Shown here in pieces: positions 1-8,358 of a DNA stretch of 37,819 bases. The notes below the pieces were generated by a model. The model was given only the letters and a program-made list of their open reading frames with translations, searched no databases and was not told the DNA's origin. A program made the translations under genes and the position numbers. Position 1 is the stretch's first letter. The number at the start of each line of letters is the position of its first letter. The stretch is from Dehalococcoidia bacterium UBA5629 (GTDB lineage: Bacteria > Chloroflexota > Dehalococcoidia > GIF9 > UBA5629): the NCBI GenBank assembly GCA_002421445.1, contig DIKB01000080.1, forward strand, positions 288 through 38,106, read 5' to 3'.

Positions 1-368
1 CCGTAGGCGACATTATCGAAAATGGACATCGGGAAAGGGTTTGGTTTTTGAAAAACCATGCCGACTCTGCGCCTGAGATCAACGACGTCTACAGAACTAT
101 CATAGATGGGCATGTTATCGAGTCTGATATCGCCTTCCATCCGTGCGTTTAGTATGAGATCATTCATCCGATTGAACAACCGTAAAAAGGTAGATTTGCC
201 GCATCCGGATGCCCCGATGATCGCGGTTATGGTGCGATCCGGGATATCGAGGGTAATATCTCTCAATGCCTGCATTGCACCATAAAATACACTGACGTTG
301 CGTGCACACATTTTAATTTTGGTGTTTGTGACTTCAGTGTTTGATGCCACAATGCTGTTGACGTTCAC
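1..368 (-). CDS. pstB: Phosphate ABC transporter ATP-binding protein PstB (N-terminal part; the gene runs off the left edge)
   Basis: Reverse-strand translation from GTG at 368-366 gives [71 protein letters not shown]...[21 protein letters not shown]. It has a Walker A motif (GASGCGKST) and the PstB-typical QKPNPFP motif. The GTG overlaps the pstA TAG by 1 nt. The gene is last in the order pstS-C-A-B. Confidence 0.9.
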   Translation of the reverse strand, partial: MNVNSIVASNTEVTNTKIKMCARNVSVFYGAMQALRDITLDIPDRTITAIIGASGCGKSTFLRLFNRMNDLILNARMEGDIRLDNMPIYDSSVDVVDLRRRVGMVFQKPNPFPMSIFDNVAY

Positions 369-1240
369 TACTCATGCCTCCGCTGACGTGCTTTCATTCT
401 GATGAGGATCGCTCCAAGGTCAAAGATGAGTACCACTGCAAGCAGGACGAGCGCAACCCCCCAGATAGTGGTCTTTGATACTCCGGGGACATTAGCGGCT
501 ACAGTGTATAGGTGGTAGGCGAGCGCCATGAACTGATCAAACGGGGATTGTGGAAGTGTGGGAAGATAGAAGGCTGCTCCTACTGTTAAGATGGGTGCTG
601 TTTCTCCTGCAGCGCGGCTGATTGCCAGCACTGCCCCCGTTATAATTCCCGGCATCGCCTGGGGCAGCACAATATGCCGTATCGTTTGCCATCTGGTTGA
701 GCCGAGAGCAAGGCTGGCCTCCCCGTATTCACGTGGTACGGCAATGATAGCTTCACGCGATGACGTAATCATCATCGCCAGCGCCTGGCATGACAGGGTA
801 AGAATAGCGGCCAGAAGTGACATTCCAATATTCATAACCAGCACAAAGAATCCCAGCCCGAACAATCCATAGACGATACTGGGCACTCCTGCAAGGTTGA
901 CTATTGTCAGATTGATGATCTTGACCAACCGGTTTTGCCGTGCGTATTCCGTGAGATAGAGTGCTGCGAACATGCCGACCGGGAGCGCACAGAGCAGTGT
1001 GCCCATCATTAAATAGAATGTTCCGATTATTGCCGGGAAAATGCCTCCGGCCTTTCCTGCCATGGAGGGCATCTGAGTTAGAAAGTCCCAATTGATTGCG
1101 CCGATCCCATTGATGAAGATATAAATCAGGATGAATATGACCGGGGAAACGATAATGAGAGTGAACAGGCCGAGGATGAAGAACGCAATACGTTGCGTCG
1201 TATCATGCTGTTTGCTGTGTGTACTATTTGCTGTAATCAT
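368..1240 (-). CDS. pstA: Phosphate ABC transporter permease PstA
   Basis: 290-aa polytopic membrane ORF with an ABC permease EAA-like loop ([28 protein letters not shown]). It overlaps pstC by 4 nt and sits between pstC and pstB. Confidence 0.9.
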   Translation of the reverse strand: MITANSTHSKQHDTTQRIAFFILGLFTLIIVSPVIFILIYIFINGIGAINWDFLTQMPSMAGKAGGIFPAIIGTFYLMMGTLLCALPVGMFAALYLTEYARQNRLVKIINLTIVNLAGVPSIVYGLFGLGFFVLVMNIGMSLLAAILTLSCQALAMMITSSREAIIAVPREYGEASLALGSTRWQTIRHIVLPQAMPGIITGAVLAISRAAGETAPILTVGAAFYLPTLPQSPFDQFMALAYHLYTVAANVPGVSKTTIWGVALVLLAVVLIFDLGAILIRMKARQRRHE

Positions 1241-2157
1241 CGTGCAAATTTCCGTCTCTGCCGTTCCAGTACAAGATCAGCAGCTAAATTAACAAAGAAT
1301 GTCAGGATAAATAACGCTAACCCGATAGCAAAGAGCGCATGATATTGGGCACCGTCTCTGACTGCGTTGTTGATTTCAGCAGCGATGACTGCAGTCATCG
1401 GACGCATGGGTTCGAGTGGCGAGAAATTCAGTGCTATGGCTCCGCCGGCGACCATGAGCACTGTCATTGTTTCCCCGATAGCGCGTCCTATTCCGAGCAT
1501 GATGGCTGCGGTGATGCCTGATAATGCTGCAGGTACGCAGACATGGACTATTGTCTGCCACTTTGTTGCTCCCAGCGCGTATGATGCCTCCCTGAATTCT
1601 CCGGGCACTGTAGATAATGCGTCCTCGGATATGCTTACAACGATTGGAACGCTCATAAATGCAAGTATAATACCGGCGGTCAGCCCGCATAATCCTGTAT
1701 TCAAATTGAATGTTTCTCGTACCACTGTAGTCAGCAATGCCAGCCCGATTACACCCATAACGATAGAAGGAATACCTGCGAGCAATTCGATCAGTGGTTT
1801 TACGGTCTCTCTTATTTTCGGCTTTGCGATCTCAGCCAGATAAATAGCACAGCCGACACCAAGCGGTATCGCTAACACTGTTGCAATGATTGTGACAACG
1901 ATTGTGGAGATGAAAAATGTCAGCACTCCAAAGGTCGGAGGATCGGAGACTGGATACCATTTTGTGCCCGTGAAGAAATCCCAGAGCGAAGTATGGGAAA
2001 AAGCCGGGATGCCCTGGATAAGCAACATAATGAGAATGCCTATCAGCACGGCGACAACAAGGATACCATTGCACAGAATGAAGAGTTCGATGATTTTTTC
2101 TCTCCATTTGCGATTAGCTCGGAGATGTTCTCCTGATGTGATTTTTTGATTTCGCAT
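1237..2157 (-). CDS. pstC: Phosphate ABC transporter permease PstC
   Basis: 306-aa membrane ORF with a permease loop (SEDALSTVPGEFREASYALGATKWQTI). It lies downstream of pstS and overlaps pstA. Confidence 0.9.
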   Translation of the reverse strand: MRNQKITSGEHLRANRKWREKIIELFILCNGILVVAVLIGILIMLLIQGIPAFSHTSLWDFFTGTKWYPVSDPPTFGVLTFFISTIVVTIIATVLAIPLGVGCAIYLAEIAKPKIRETVKPLIELLAGIPSIVMGVIGLALLTTVVRETFNLNTGLCGLTAGIILAFMSVPIVVSISEDALSTVPGEFREASYALGATKWQTIVHVCVPAALSGITAAIMLGIGRAIGETMTVLMVAGGAIALNFSPLEPMRPMTAVIAAEINNAVRDGAQYHALFAIGLALFILTFFVNLAADLVLERQRRKFAR

Positions 2158-2188
2158 CGCTCTTAATTATTCTCACCTATTATACAGG

Positions 2189-2247
2189 ATACCATCATCT
2201 GAATCCTCCCCAGAGGTACAATATGGGGAGGATTCAGATGATGGTAT
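2189..2247. repeat. Perfect 23-bp inverted repeat (hairpin) in the pstS-pstC spacer
   Basis: Arm ATACCATCATCTGAATCCTCCCC (2189-2211) is the exact reverse complement of 2225-2247. The loop is 13 nt (2212-2224). No U-tract follows on the coding (-) strand. Confidence 0.85.
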
Positions 2248-2265
2248 ATATTTTAGCTGGCTTAG

Positions 2266-3201
2266 CTATGGAAGCGGGACGAATCCCATATCCTCCACGA
2301 CCTTTTGCCCATCTTTGGATTTTGCGAAATCGATGAAAGCTTTAATTGCGCCTTTTGGTTCGCCATCGATGTAGAAGAATAGCGGACGTGACGCCGGATA
2401 CGATTTGTCATGGACTGTTTTGATGCTTGGCAGAACAGCCGCGGCAGAGGCGGCTTTCTTAATGCCCAGCACCTTTACATCCTTACTCACGTAGCCCAGT
2501 CCCGCGTAAAAGATTGCTTTGCTGTTGCTGGAAATTTCGGTGATGCCCGACTCGGTCGAGGGAAGAAAAAGCACCTGTGTTCCGTATTCTGCTTTCTTAT
2601 CCTTCATCTGTACCACATGTTCTTTGAAGAATAAGTGTGTGCCCGAGTTGCTGTCACGGGATATTGCAACGATCGTTGCGTTATCGCCGCCGACCTCGCT
2701 CCAGTTTGTTATTTTGCCGGCATAGATGTTTGATAGCTGCTCCATCGTAAGCTCATTAACCTTATTGTTCTTGTTGACGACGATAGCCAGCCCATCGTAG
2801 GCTACGATGATCTCATTGGTCGTATGTCCATTGGCCTTCGCCTTAGCGATCTCATCAGCTGTGATGGGGCGTGATGCCTGGCAGATATCAGTGGTGCCGT
2901 CAATGAATGCGGCTATGCCAACGCCTGATCCGGGTCCGCTGACGGCGATGCTTACCTTTTGGTTCGCCTTCATAAAATTCTCAGCCCATACGGTGCTGAT
3001 TGGTGTGACCGTGTTGGATCCGATGATCTTGATAGAACCACTGAGTGTTGATGATGGTGCCGGTGTCGGTGTCGATGTCGATGTCGGTGTCGATGATGAT
3101 TGCGGGGAACAGCCTGCTAGCAGCAAAGCAAATAGCAGTGTGATCACTATGAGTGTTGCCCATGTAGATCCGTGCAGTTTTTGTCCGTGTAAACTTAACA
3201 T
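2266..3201 (-). CDS. pstS: Phosphate-binding lipoprotein PstS
   Basis: 311-aa ORF. The N-terminus has a signal peptide plus lipobox (LLLAGC, Cys31) followed by a Ser/Thr/Pro linker. The body has the PBP fold typical of PstS (GSNTV...SGPGSGVG...SRDSNSGT). GGAG lies 4 nt upstream of the ATG. It is the first gene of pstSCAB. Confidence 0.9.
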   Translation of the reverse strand: MLSLHGQKLHGSTWATLIVITLLFALLLAGCSPQSSSTPTSTSTPTPAPSSTLSGSIKIIGSNTVTPISTVWAENFMKANQKVSIAVSGPGSGVGIAAFIDGTTDICQASRPITADEIAKAKANGHTTNEIIVAYDGLAIVVNKNNKVNELTMEQLSNIYAGKITNWSEVGGDNATIVAISRDSNSGTHLFFKEHVVQMKDKKAEYGTQVLFLPSTESGITEISSNSKAIFYAGLGYVSKDVKVLGIKKAASAAAVLPSIKTVHDKSYPASRPLFFYIDGEPKGAIKAFIDFAKSKDGQKVVEDMGFVPLP

Positions 3202-3255
3202 AATACTCCTTTACAACTTATTATTAAGGGCGGATTTTTATCTACCCTTTTTCAG

Positions 3256-3307
3256 TGTAACAGGCTGATGTAAAGGTTGGCTTAAGCTCATGTTAAATGG
3301 GTGTTAA
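3256..3307 (-). promoter_or_regulatory. Pho-box-like array: five direct TT(A/T)ACA-type hexamers at about 11-bp spacing upstream of pstS
   Basis: On the - strand the hexamers are TTAACA (3307-3302), TTAACA (3296-3291), TTAAGC (3285-3280), TTTACA (3274-3269) and GTTACA (3261-3256). Start-to-start spacings are 11, 11, 11 and 13 bp. The array lies 55-106 bp upstream of the pstS ATG. It resembles the Bacillus-type PhoP site, which is TT(A/T/C)ACA repeats with an 11-bp period. Confidence 0.55.
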
Positions 3308-3328
3308 GATTTCGAGACTTCGTGGTGC

Positions 3329-4705
3329 TCAGATGGCCATCGGCAGAGAAAAATAAAAAGTGGAGCCTTTTCCTTCGATGCTTTTTGCCCAGATGCTGCC
3401 ACCATATGCGGATATGATGTGTTTTGCGATAGCTAGCCCAAGTCCTGTTCCTCCCCCGCTTCGAGCCTTATCCGCCTTATAAAATCGCTCGAATACCCGC
3501 GGCAGGTCTTCCTCAGATATCCCAATCCCTGTATCTGTGATGGAAACTATTATGCTGTTATCCTGTACGGTTGCAGCAATTGTGACTTTACCACCCGTGA
3601 CGGTAAATTTTATGGCGTTATGAACGAGATTGATTATAACCTGTTCTATATGGTCATCTGCGAGCACAAGAGGAAGCAACCGGGCGCTCTGTATTTCAAG
3701 GAGAATACCTGCTCTCTCTGCCTGTGCGGTGAGCCGCTCAACAGAGCGGTTGATGATCTTGGCAAGGTCAGTGGGTTTCCTCTCGATTGGAACACTACCA
3801 CTCTCTATGCTCGATAACTCTCCAAGCTCTTCGATCATCTGGGATAGTTTATCTGTCTCGATAACAATTTTGCCTAAAAAGTCAGGAGCTATGACGGGGT
3901 CATTGAGAGCACCTTCGTGCAGAGTTTCTGCCAGCGCTTTGACGGAGGCAACAGGCGTACGCAATTCGTGGGAAATATTGGCGACGAAATCCTGCCGGAT
4001 CGTTTGCAGTTTCTTCAGTTCCGTATAATCCTGAATACGTACCATGAATCGCTTTTCCCCGGAGAGAGGTGTGACTGTTACGCTGATTATTTTATTTTGG
4101 GATCGTAGCTCCACAAGCCCTGTTTGCTGTTTGTTTTCAGCGATGCATTTCTTGACGAGATTATCTATTTCATAGTCTCGAACTATTTTGATCAGCGTTT
4201 TATCACCGTCATATAGATCATCATGTATTTGAAACTGCGTTTCTGCTGCCTTGTTCATCATCAGAACTTTGCGATTTTCATCGATGATGAAGATGCTGTC
4301 GTTTATGTATGAGAACATCGTGGATAGCCTGCTCCGTTCTCTTGTAATACGATCAAGTTGTGTTTGGCTTTGATTGCGCAGCTTATTAAATGCTCTGATG
4401 AGATCGCCTATCTCGTTTCTGGCTGTCTTGATTGGTTGTGGTGCTGTTTCGCCGTTTTGTAGCAAGTTTGCTGCTCTGGTAAGTCTCTTGATTGGCCTGA
4501 TGATTTTTATCCATAGCAATAACGTTCCGAGTATGGCGATTCCTGCGGCTGCACATATGCCTATCGTCAGGACTGTTCCCGTGTGGTTGATGAAAAAATC
4601 TTTAGCGTTTGGAGATGATGTTATATAGATAGCCAGTCCCAGTAGCGGTACCAGGGCTGCAATTACCATCGTGGTTAGAATGAGCCATTGAAGACGATTA
4701 CGCAT
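3329..4705 (-). CDS. phoR: PhoR-like sensor histidine kinase (TM-HAMP-PAS-HisKA-HATPase)
   Basis: 458 aa with two N-terminal TM segments, an H-box (SHELRTPV) and N/G boxes (LVHNAIKF, DTGIGI, GGTGLGLAI). It sits directly downstream of an OmpR-type regulator and upstream of pstS. Confidence 0.8.
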   Translation of the reverse strand: MRNRLQWLILTTMVIAALVPLLGLAIYITSSPNAKDFFINHTGTVLTIGICAAAGIAILGTLLLWIKIIRPIKRLTRAANLLQNGETAPQPIKTARNEIGDLIRAFNKLRNQSQTQLDRITRERSRLSTMFSYINDSIFIIDENRKVLMMNKAAETQFQIHDDLYDGDKTLIKIVRDYEIDNLVKKCIAENKQQTGLVELRSQNKIISVTVTPLSGEKRFMVRIQDYTELKKLQTIRQDFVANISHELRTPVASVKALAETLHEGALNDPVIAPDFLGKIVIETDKLSQMIEELGELSSIESGSVPIERKPTDLAKIINRSVERLTAQAERAGILLEIQSARLLPLVLADDHIEQVIINLVHNAIKFTVTGGKVTIAATVQDNSIIVSITDTGIGISEEDLPRVFERFYKADKARSGGGTGLGLAIAKHIISAYGGSIWAKSIEGKGSTFYFSLPMAI

Positions 4706-4707
4706 AA

Positions 4708-5412
4708 TTATTCAGCAAATTTATAGCCAACACCTCGTACGGTGATGATGTATGCGGGTTTTGTCGGGTCAACCTCGAGTTTCTGTCTCAACCATCTAAT
4801 GTGTACATCGATGGTGCGGCTATCTCCGGCATAGTCGTAATGCCAGATATGTTCCAGTAATTGATCTCGAGTTATCACCTGCCCTCTATGCTGTATCAGG
4901 AAAGATAGTAGGTCAAATTCTTTTGGACTCAGGTCGATAATCGATTCTCCCCGTGTAACTCTGTGTCTACCGAAATCAATCTCCATGTCTTTTGTTTTGA
5001 GAACATTTTTCTGTTCTACAGACAGTGCTTTTGCTTGATGTATCATGTCTGCACGTCTGAGCATGGCTTTGATGCGTGCCATCAACTCACGGATACTGAA
5101 TGGTTTGGTTACGTAGTCATCCGCACCCATCTCCAATCCCACTACCTTATCTATTTCATCTGTTTTCGCTGTCAGCATAAGAATTGGAATCGATGTTTCC
5201 TGCCTGAGAATTCGACAGACCTCCAAACCGTTGAGTTTGGGAAGCATGATGTCAAGGATGACAAGATCGGGTTTCTCTGTCCGTATGAGATCGAGGCCCT
5301 GAGCACCATCGGCAGCAGAAATGGCAATATAGTGCTCTTTGACCAGATTATATGTCAGCACTTCGCGTAGAGTCGGGTCGTCTTCAATTATTGCTATTTT
5401 TGGCGTTTCCAT
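4708..5412 (-). CDS. phoP: OmpR/PhoB-family response regulator (PhoP/PhoB-like)
   Basis: 234 aa with a receiver domain (DLVILDIMLPKLNG, TAKTDE, KPF) and a winged-helix output domain (LSPKEFDLLSFL...TVRGVGYKF). It is 2 nt from the kinase gene and adjacent to the pst operon. Confidence 0.8.
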   Translation of the reverse strand: METPKIAIIEDDPTLREVLTYNLVKEHYIAISAADGAQGLDLIRTEKPDLVILDIMLPKLNGLEVCRILRQETSIPILMLTAKTDEIDKVVGLEMGADDYVTKPFSIRELMARIKAMLRRADMIHQAKALSVEQKNVLKTKDMEIDFGRHRVTRGESIIDLSPKEFDLLSFLIQHRGQVITRDQLLEHIWHYDYAGDSRTIDVHIRWLRQKLEVDPTKPAYIITVRGVGYKFAE

Positions 5413-5773
5413 GAATTTTATGTCTTTCTAGAATAGTATAGATTGTATCAGTTTTAAGCTTGTTGTGTACTTGTATCGGTGTCAATATGCTGCACAACAC
5501 GAATGTATTGAATATGTCGACTTTATGATGTCAGCGTCGCCAATGGTATTTATGCAGCATCCGATATGATTTTCCGGTTGAAGCCATGTTTGACGGATGG
5601 CTATGAATGCAATAAACTGTATGCCGACGTTCTAAAAAACAGTCGAGTGCGATTATATCTTATCATTGCAGCTGCGCTCAAAACCCAATGATAGTATGCT
5701 GTGTAACCTGCAAATTCCATTACTCAGTAATGTTCGTCGGAATACGATTTTGTGACAGGAAGGAAGAGGCACG

Positions 5774-7516
5774 ATGACTTCTGAACGAAAAGAACCTATG
5801 TTAGAGACACTGCGGCATTCAACATCTCATATTATGGCTCAGGCTGTAAAGTCTTTGTTTCCTGATGCCAAATTCGGTATTGGCCCCTCAATTGAGGATG
5901 GCTTCTACTATGATTTTGAGCTTGCCCGTGCATTGGCCCCGGAAGATTTGGCTTTGATTACGGAAAAAATGAAAGAGATTGCTGCGGCAGACCTTCCATT
6001 TGTCCGTGAAGAGATTGACAAAGCGAAAGCTCAGGAACTGTTTGCTAATCAACCGTATAAACTGGAGCTTATCAATGACCTTCCTGATGAGAACGTGACG
6101 ATTTACACACAGGGAGAATTTACCGATCTGTGTCGCGGACCTCACGTAAAATCATCCGGTAAACTCAAAGCTTTCAGGCTGACGACTATTGCCGGAGCAT
6201 ACTGGAGGGGCGATGAGAAACGCCCCATGCTTCAGCGTGTTTATGGTGTCGCATTTGATACTGAGGCAGAACTCGAAGAGTATCTCACCCGTGTTGCCGA
6301 AGCGAATAAACGCGACCACCGGAAATTAGGCAAGGAATTGGATTTATTCAGCCTTCACGAGGAGTTCGGTCCAGGTCTCGTTATGTGGCATCCGAAAGGC
6401 GCTATGGTGCGACAGATCGTGGAGGATTTCTGGAGGGCGGAGCATCTGAAGCGCGGTTACGATATTGTCTATACTCCACATATCGCCAAGCTGGATTTAT
6501 GGAAGACCAGCGGTCACTGGGATAATTACCGTGATAACTTATACTCTCCAATGGATATTGATGGGCAGGACTATATCGTCAAACCGATGAATTGCCCCGG
6601 ACACATTATTATCTATAAGACACAGTTGCGCAGCTATCGTAATCTGCCTCTGCGCATAGCCGAACTTGGGACAGTGTATCGCTATGAGCGCTCCGGAGTG
6701 CTTCATGGTCTTGCTCGTGTTCGCGGCTTTACCCAGGATGATGCGCATATCTTTTGCCGTACAGATCAGATTCGTGATGAGGTTGCAAGCGTTGTCGATC
6801 TGGCGCGGTTTATGATGAAGACCTTTGGATTCAATGACTATAAAATGCTTCTCTCTACCCGACCTGAGAAAGCCATTGGCAGCCTGCAATCCTGGGAAGA
6901 AGCGACAGAAGCGCTGAAAAACGTACTGGAATTGCTTGACACCCCCTATGAGATAGATCCGGGCGAAGGGGTTTTCTACGGTCCAAAAATCGATGTGAAG
7001 CTGACTGACGCTCTGGGACGGATGTGGCAGGGGCCGACAATCCAGGTTGATTTTCAATTGCCGCAGCGTTTCGATGTCAACTATGTAGGAGCAGATGGTG
7101 CCGAACATCAGGTTATTATGATTCATCGCACTGTGCTTGGCAGCATGGAACGCTTTATGGCCTGTCTGGTTGAACATTATGCCGGTGCTTTCCCCGTATG
7201 GCTGGCGCCAATTCAGGTGACGATCATACCGATTGCTGATCGCCATATCGAATATGCCAATCAGGTAGCGGGCAAACTGAAGGAAAGGGATGTACGAGTT
7301 CGCGTTGATGATCGAACCGAGAGAATGAACATGAAAATACGCGAAGCTCAACTTGAGAAAGTTCCCTATATGTTCATTGTCGGCGATAAAGAAGTCACTT
7401 CAAATGCAGTTTCTGTCCGGTTGAGAACCGGTGAAGATCTGGGGTCAGTGCAAGTCTCCGATTTCGTTGACAGAATGGCTACTGTTATCAAAGAGAAATC
7501 TTGTGATTCACTTTGA
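5774..7516 (+). CDS. thrS: Threonine--tRNA ligase, short form lacking the N-terminal TGS domain
   Basis: 580 aa. It starts directly in the editing/SAD domain (LRHSTSHIMAQAV...GFYYDFE), followed by class II motifs (FRLTTIAGAYWRG, RGFTQDDAHIF, GSMERF) and an anticodon-binding domain. An in-frame TGA lies 7 codons upstream of the ATG. SD is GGAAGGAAGAGG. Confidence 0.95.
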   Translation: MTSERKEPMLETLRHSTSHIMAQAVKSLFPDAKFGIGPSIEDGFYYDFELARALAPEDLALITEKMKEIAAADLPFVREEIDKAKAQELFANQPYKLELINDLPDENVTIYTQGEFTDLCRGPHVKSSGKLKAFRLTTIAGAYWRGDEKRPMLQRVYGVAFDTEAELEEYLTRVAEANKRDHRKLGKELDLFSLHEEFGPGLVMWHPKGAMVRQIVEDFWRAEHLKRGYDIVYTPHIAKLDLWKTSGHWDNYRDNLYSPMDIDGQDYIVKPMNCPGHIIIYKTQLRSYRNLPLRIAELGTVYRYERSGVLHGLARVRGFTQDDAHIFCRTDQIRDEVASVVDLARFMMKTFGFNDYKMLLSTRPEKAIGSLQSWEEATEALKNVLELLDTPYEIDPGEGVFYGPKIDVKLTDALGRMWQGPTIQVDFQLPQRFDVNYVGADGAEHQVIMIHRTVLGSMERFMACLVEHYAGAFPVWLAPIQVTIIPIADRHIEYANQVAGKLKERDVRVRVDDRTERMNMKIREAQLEKVPYMFIVGDKEVTSNAVSVRLRTGEDLGSVQVSDFVDRMATVIKEKSCDSL

Positions 7517-7541
7517 TTTACTCCTATAGATATGATATAGT
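7513..7541 (+). promoter_or_regulatory. Candidate sigma-70-type promoter for infC-rpmI-rplT
   Basis: TTGATT (7513-7518), a 17-nt spacer and TATAGT (7536-7541) with an extended -10 TG (7533-7534). It overlaps the thrS stop codon. This is a sequence match only. Confidence 0.4.
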
Positions 7542-7579
7542 TTTCTGCTGGTATATTACATAGGGAGGTGAGTGCCAAC

Positions 7580-8140
7580 ATATTTAAAGAATTGCGAGTC
7601 AATCGTCAAATTCGCGCCAGAGAGGTTAGGCTCATTGGTGAAGAGTCAGAACAAATGGGCGTTGTGCCGACAGATAAGGCACTGCAAATTGCCAGAGAGC
7701 GTAACCTGGATCTTGTAGAAGTAGCATCAACGGCGGTACCGCCGGTATGTCGTATGCTGGATTACGGAAAGTATCGGTTTGAGCAGACAAAAAAAGAGCG
7801 GAAGGCGCGGGTTAGTCAAAAGGGTGGAGCGCTTAAGGAAATCCGGGTCAGGCCCAGAGTGCAGGATCATGATCTGGAGACAAAGATAAAAACGGCAAAG
7901 AAGTTTTTTGCAGATGGTGATAAAGTACGCTTTTTTGTCATATTCAGAGGGAGAGAGATTACGCATCCGGAGCTTGGAGTGAGAGCATTGCAAAAGGTAA
8001 CGGATGATTTGAAAGAGGTAGCTGTACTGGATGGAAAACCATCGTTGGAAGGGCGCATTATGAGCGTAGTATTCTCTCCGATTTCTGCGAAGAAACCAAA
8101 GGAACAGCCTGCAGAAGTAAAAGTGAAGGAAGAAGTATAA
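7580..8140 (+). CDS. infC: Translation initiation factor IF-3 (probable non-AUG ATA start; the maximal ORF begins at GTG 7568)
   Basis: The protein reads ...IFKELRVNRQIRAREVRLIGEESEQMGVV..., a typical IF-3. A strong SD (GGGAGGTGA, 7563-7571) overlaps the GTG at 7568 but sits 8 nt upstream of the in-frame ATA at 7580. Confidence 0.9.
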   Translation: MFKELRVNRQIRAREVRLIGEESEQMGVVPTDKALQIARERNLDLVEVASTAVPPVCRMLDYGKYRFEQTKKERKARVSQKGGALKEIRVRPRVQDHDLETKIKTAKKFFADGDKVRFFVIFRGREITHPELGVRALQKVTDDLKEVAVLDGKPSLEGRIMSVVFSPISAKKPKEQPAEVKVKEEV

Positions 8141-8344
8141 ATGCCGAAACTGAAAACACATAAAGGTGCAAAAAAACGGTTTCATGTAACTGGTAGCGGC
8201 AAGATCATGCGGATGCATGGGATGAAAAGCCATTTTCGCAGAAGAAAGTCAGCACGGGTGAAGCGTCTCTTTGATGAGACTATTCAGGTTAATCGTGTTG
8301 ACGAGCGCAAATTGCGCCTGCTGATGCCGTACAGTATGAAATAA
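8141..8344 (+). CDS. rpmI: 50S ribosomal protein L35
   Basis: 67 aa starting MPKLKTHKGAKKRFHVTGSGKI. It starts immediately after the infC stop. Confidence 0.95.
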   Translation: MPKLKTHKGAKKRFHVTGSGKIMRMHGMKSHFRRRKSARVKRLFDETIQVNRVDERKLRLLMPYSMK

Positions 8345-8358
8345 AGAGGAGGCCAGGA

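Noticed and set aside
2225-2330. Short ORFs starting at the GGAGG-n7-ATGATG strings inside the pstS-pstC hairpin arms
   Set aside because: The SD/ATG-like strings follow from the palindrome sequence and occur on both strands. The peptides are 11 aa on the - strand and about 33 aa antisense to pstS on the + strand. They have no features, and the start would be buried in a 23-bp stem.
5413-5773. T-box riboswitch upstream of thrS
   Set aside because: I looked for the conserved T-box core (GGGTGGTACCGCG-like), a specifier loop with an ACC/ACU codon and a terminator/antiterminator pair. None was found by eye.
6539-7351. 270-aa ORF on the - strand
   Set aside because: It lies entirely antisense to the well-supported thrS gene, has no recognisable motifs and has odd composition. 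It is a shadow ORF.
7517-7567. L20 leader or pheM-type attenuators in the thrS-infC-rpmI-rplT-pheST cluster
   Set aside because: The spacers are too short (about 50 nt before infC, 14 nt before rplT, 20 nt before pheS) to hold the known L20-binding pseudoknot or a Phe leader peptide. No Phe-rich mini-ORF is present.
7727-8233. 168-aa ORF on the - strand
   Set aside because: It is antisense to infC/rpmI. The Phe/Leu/Cys-rich translation is typical of an antisense frame.
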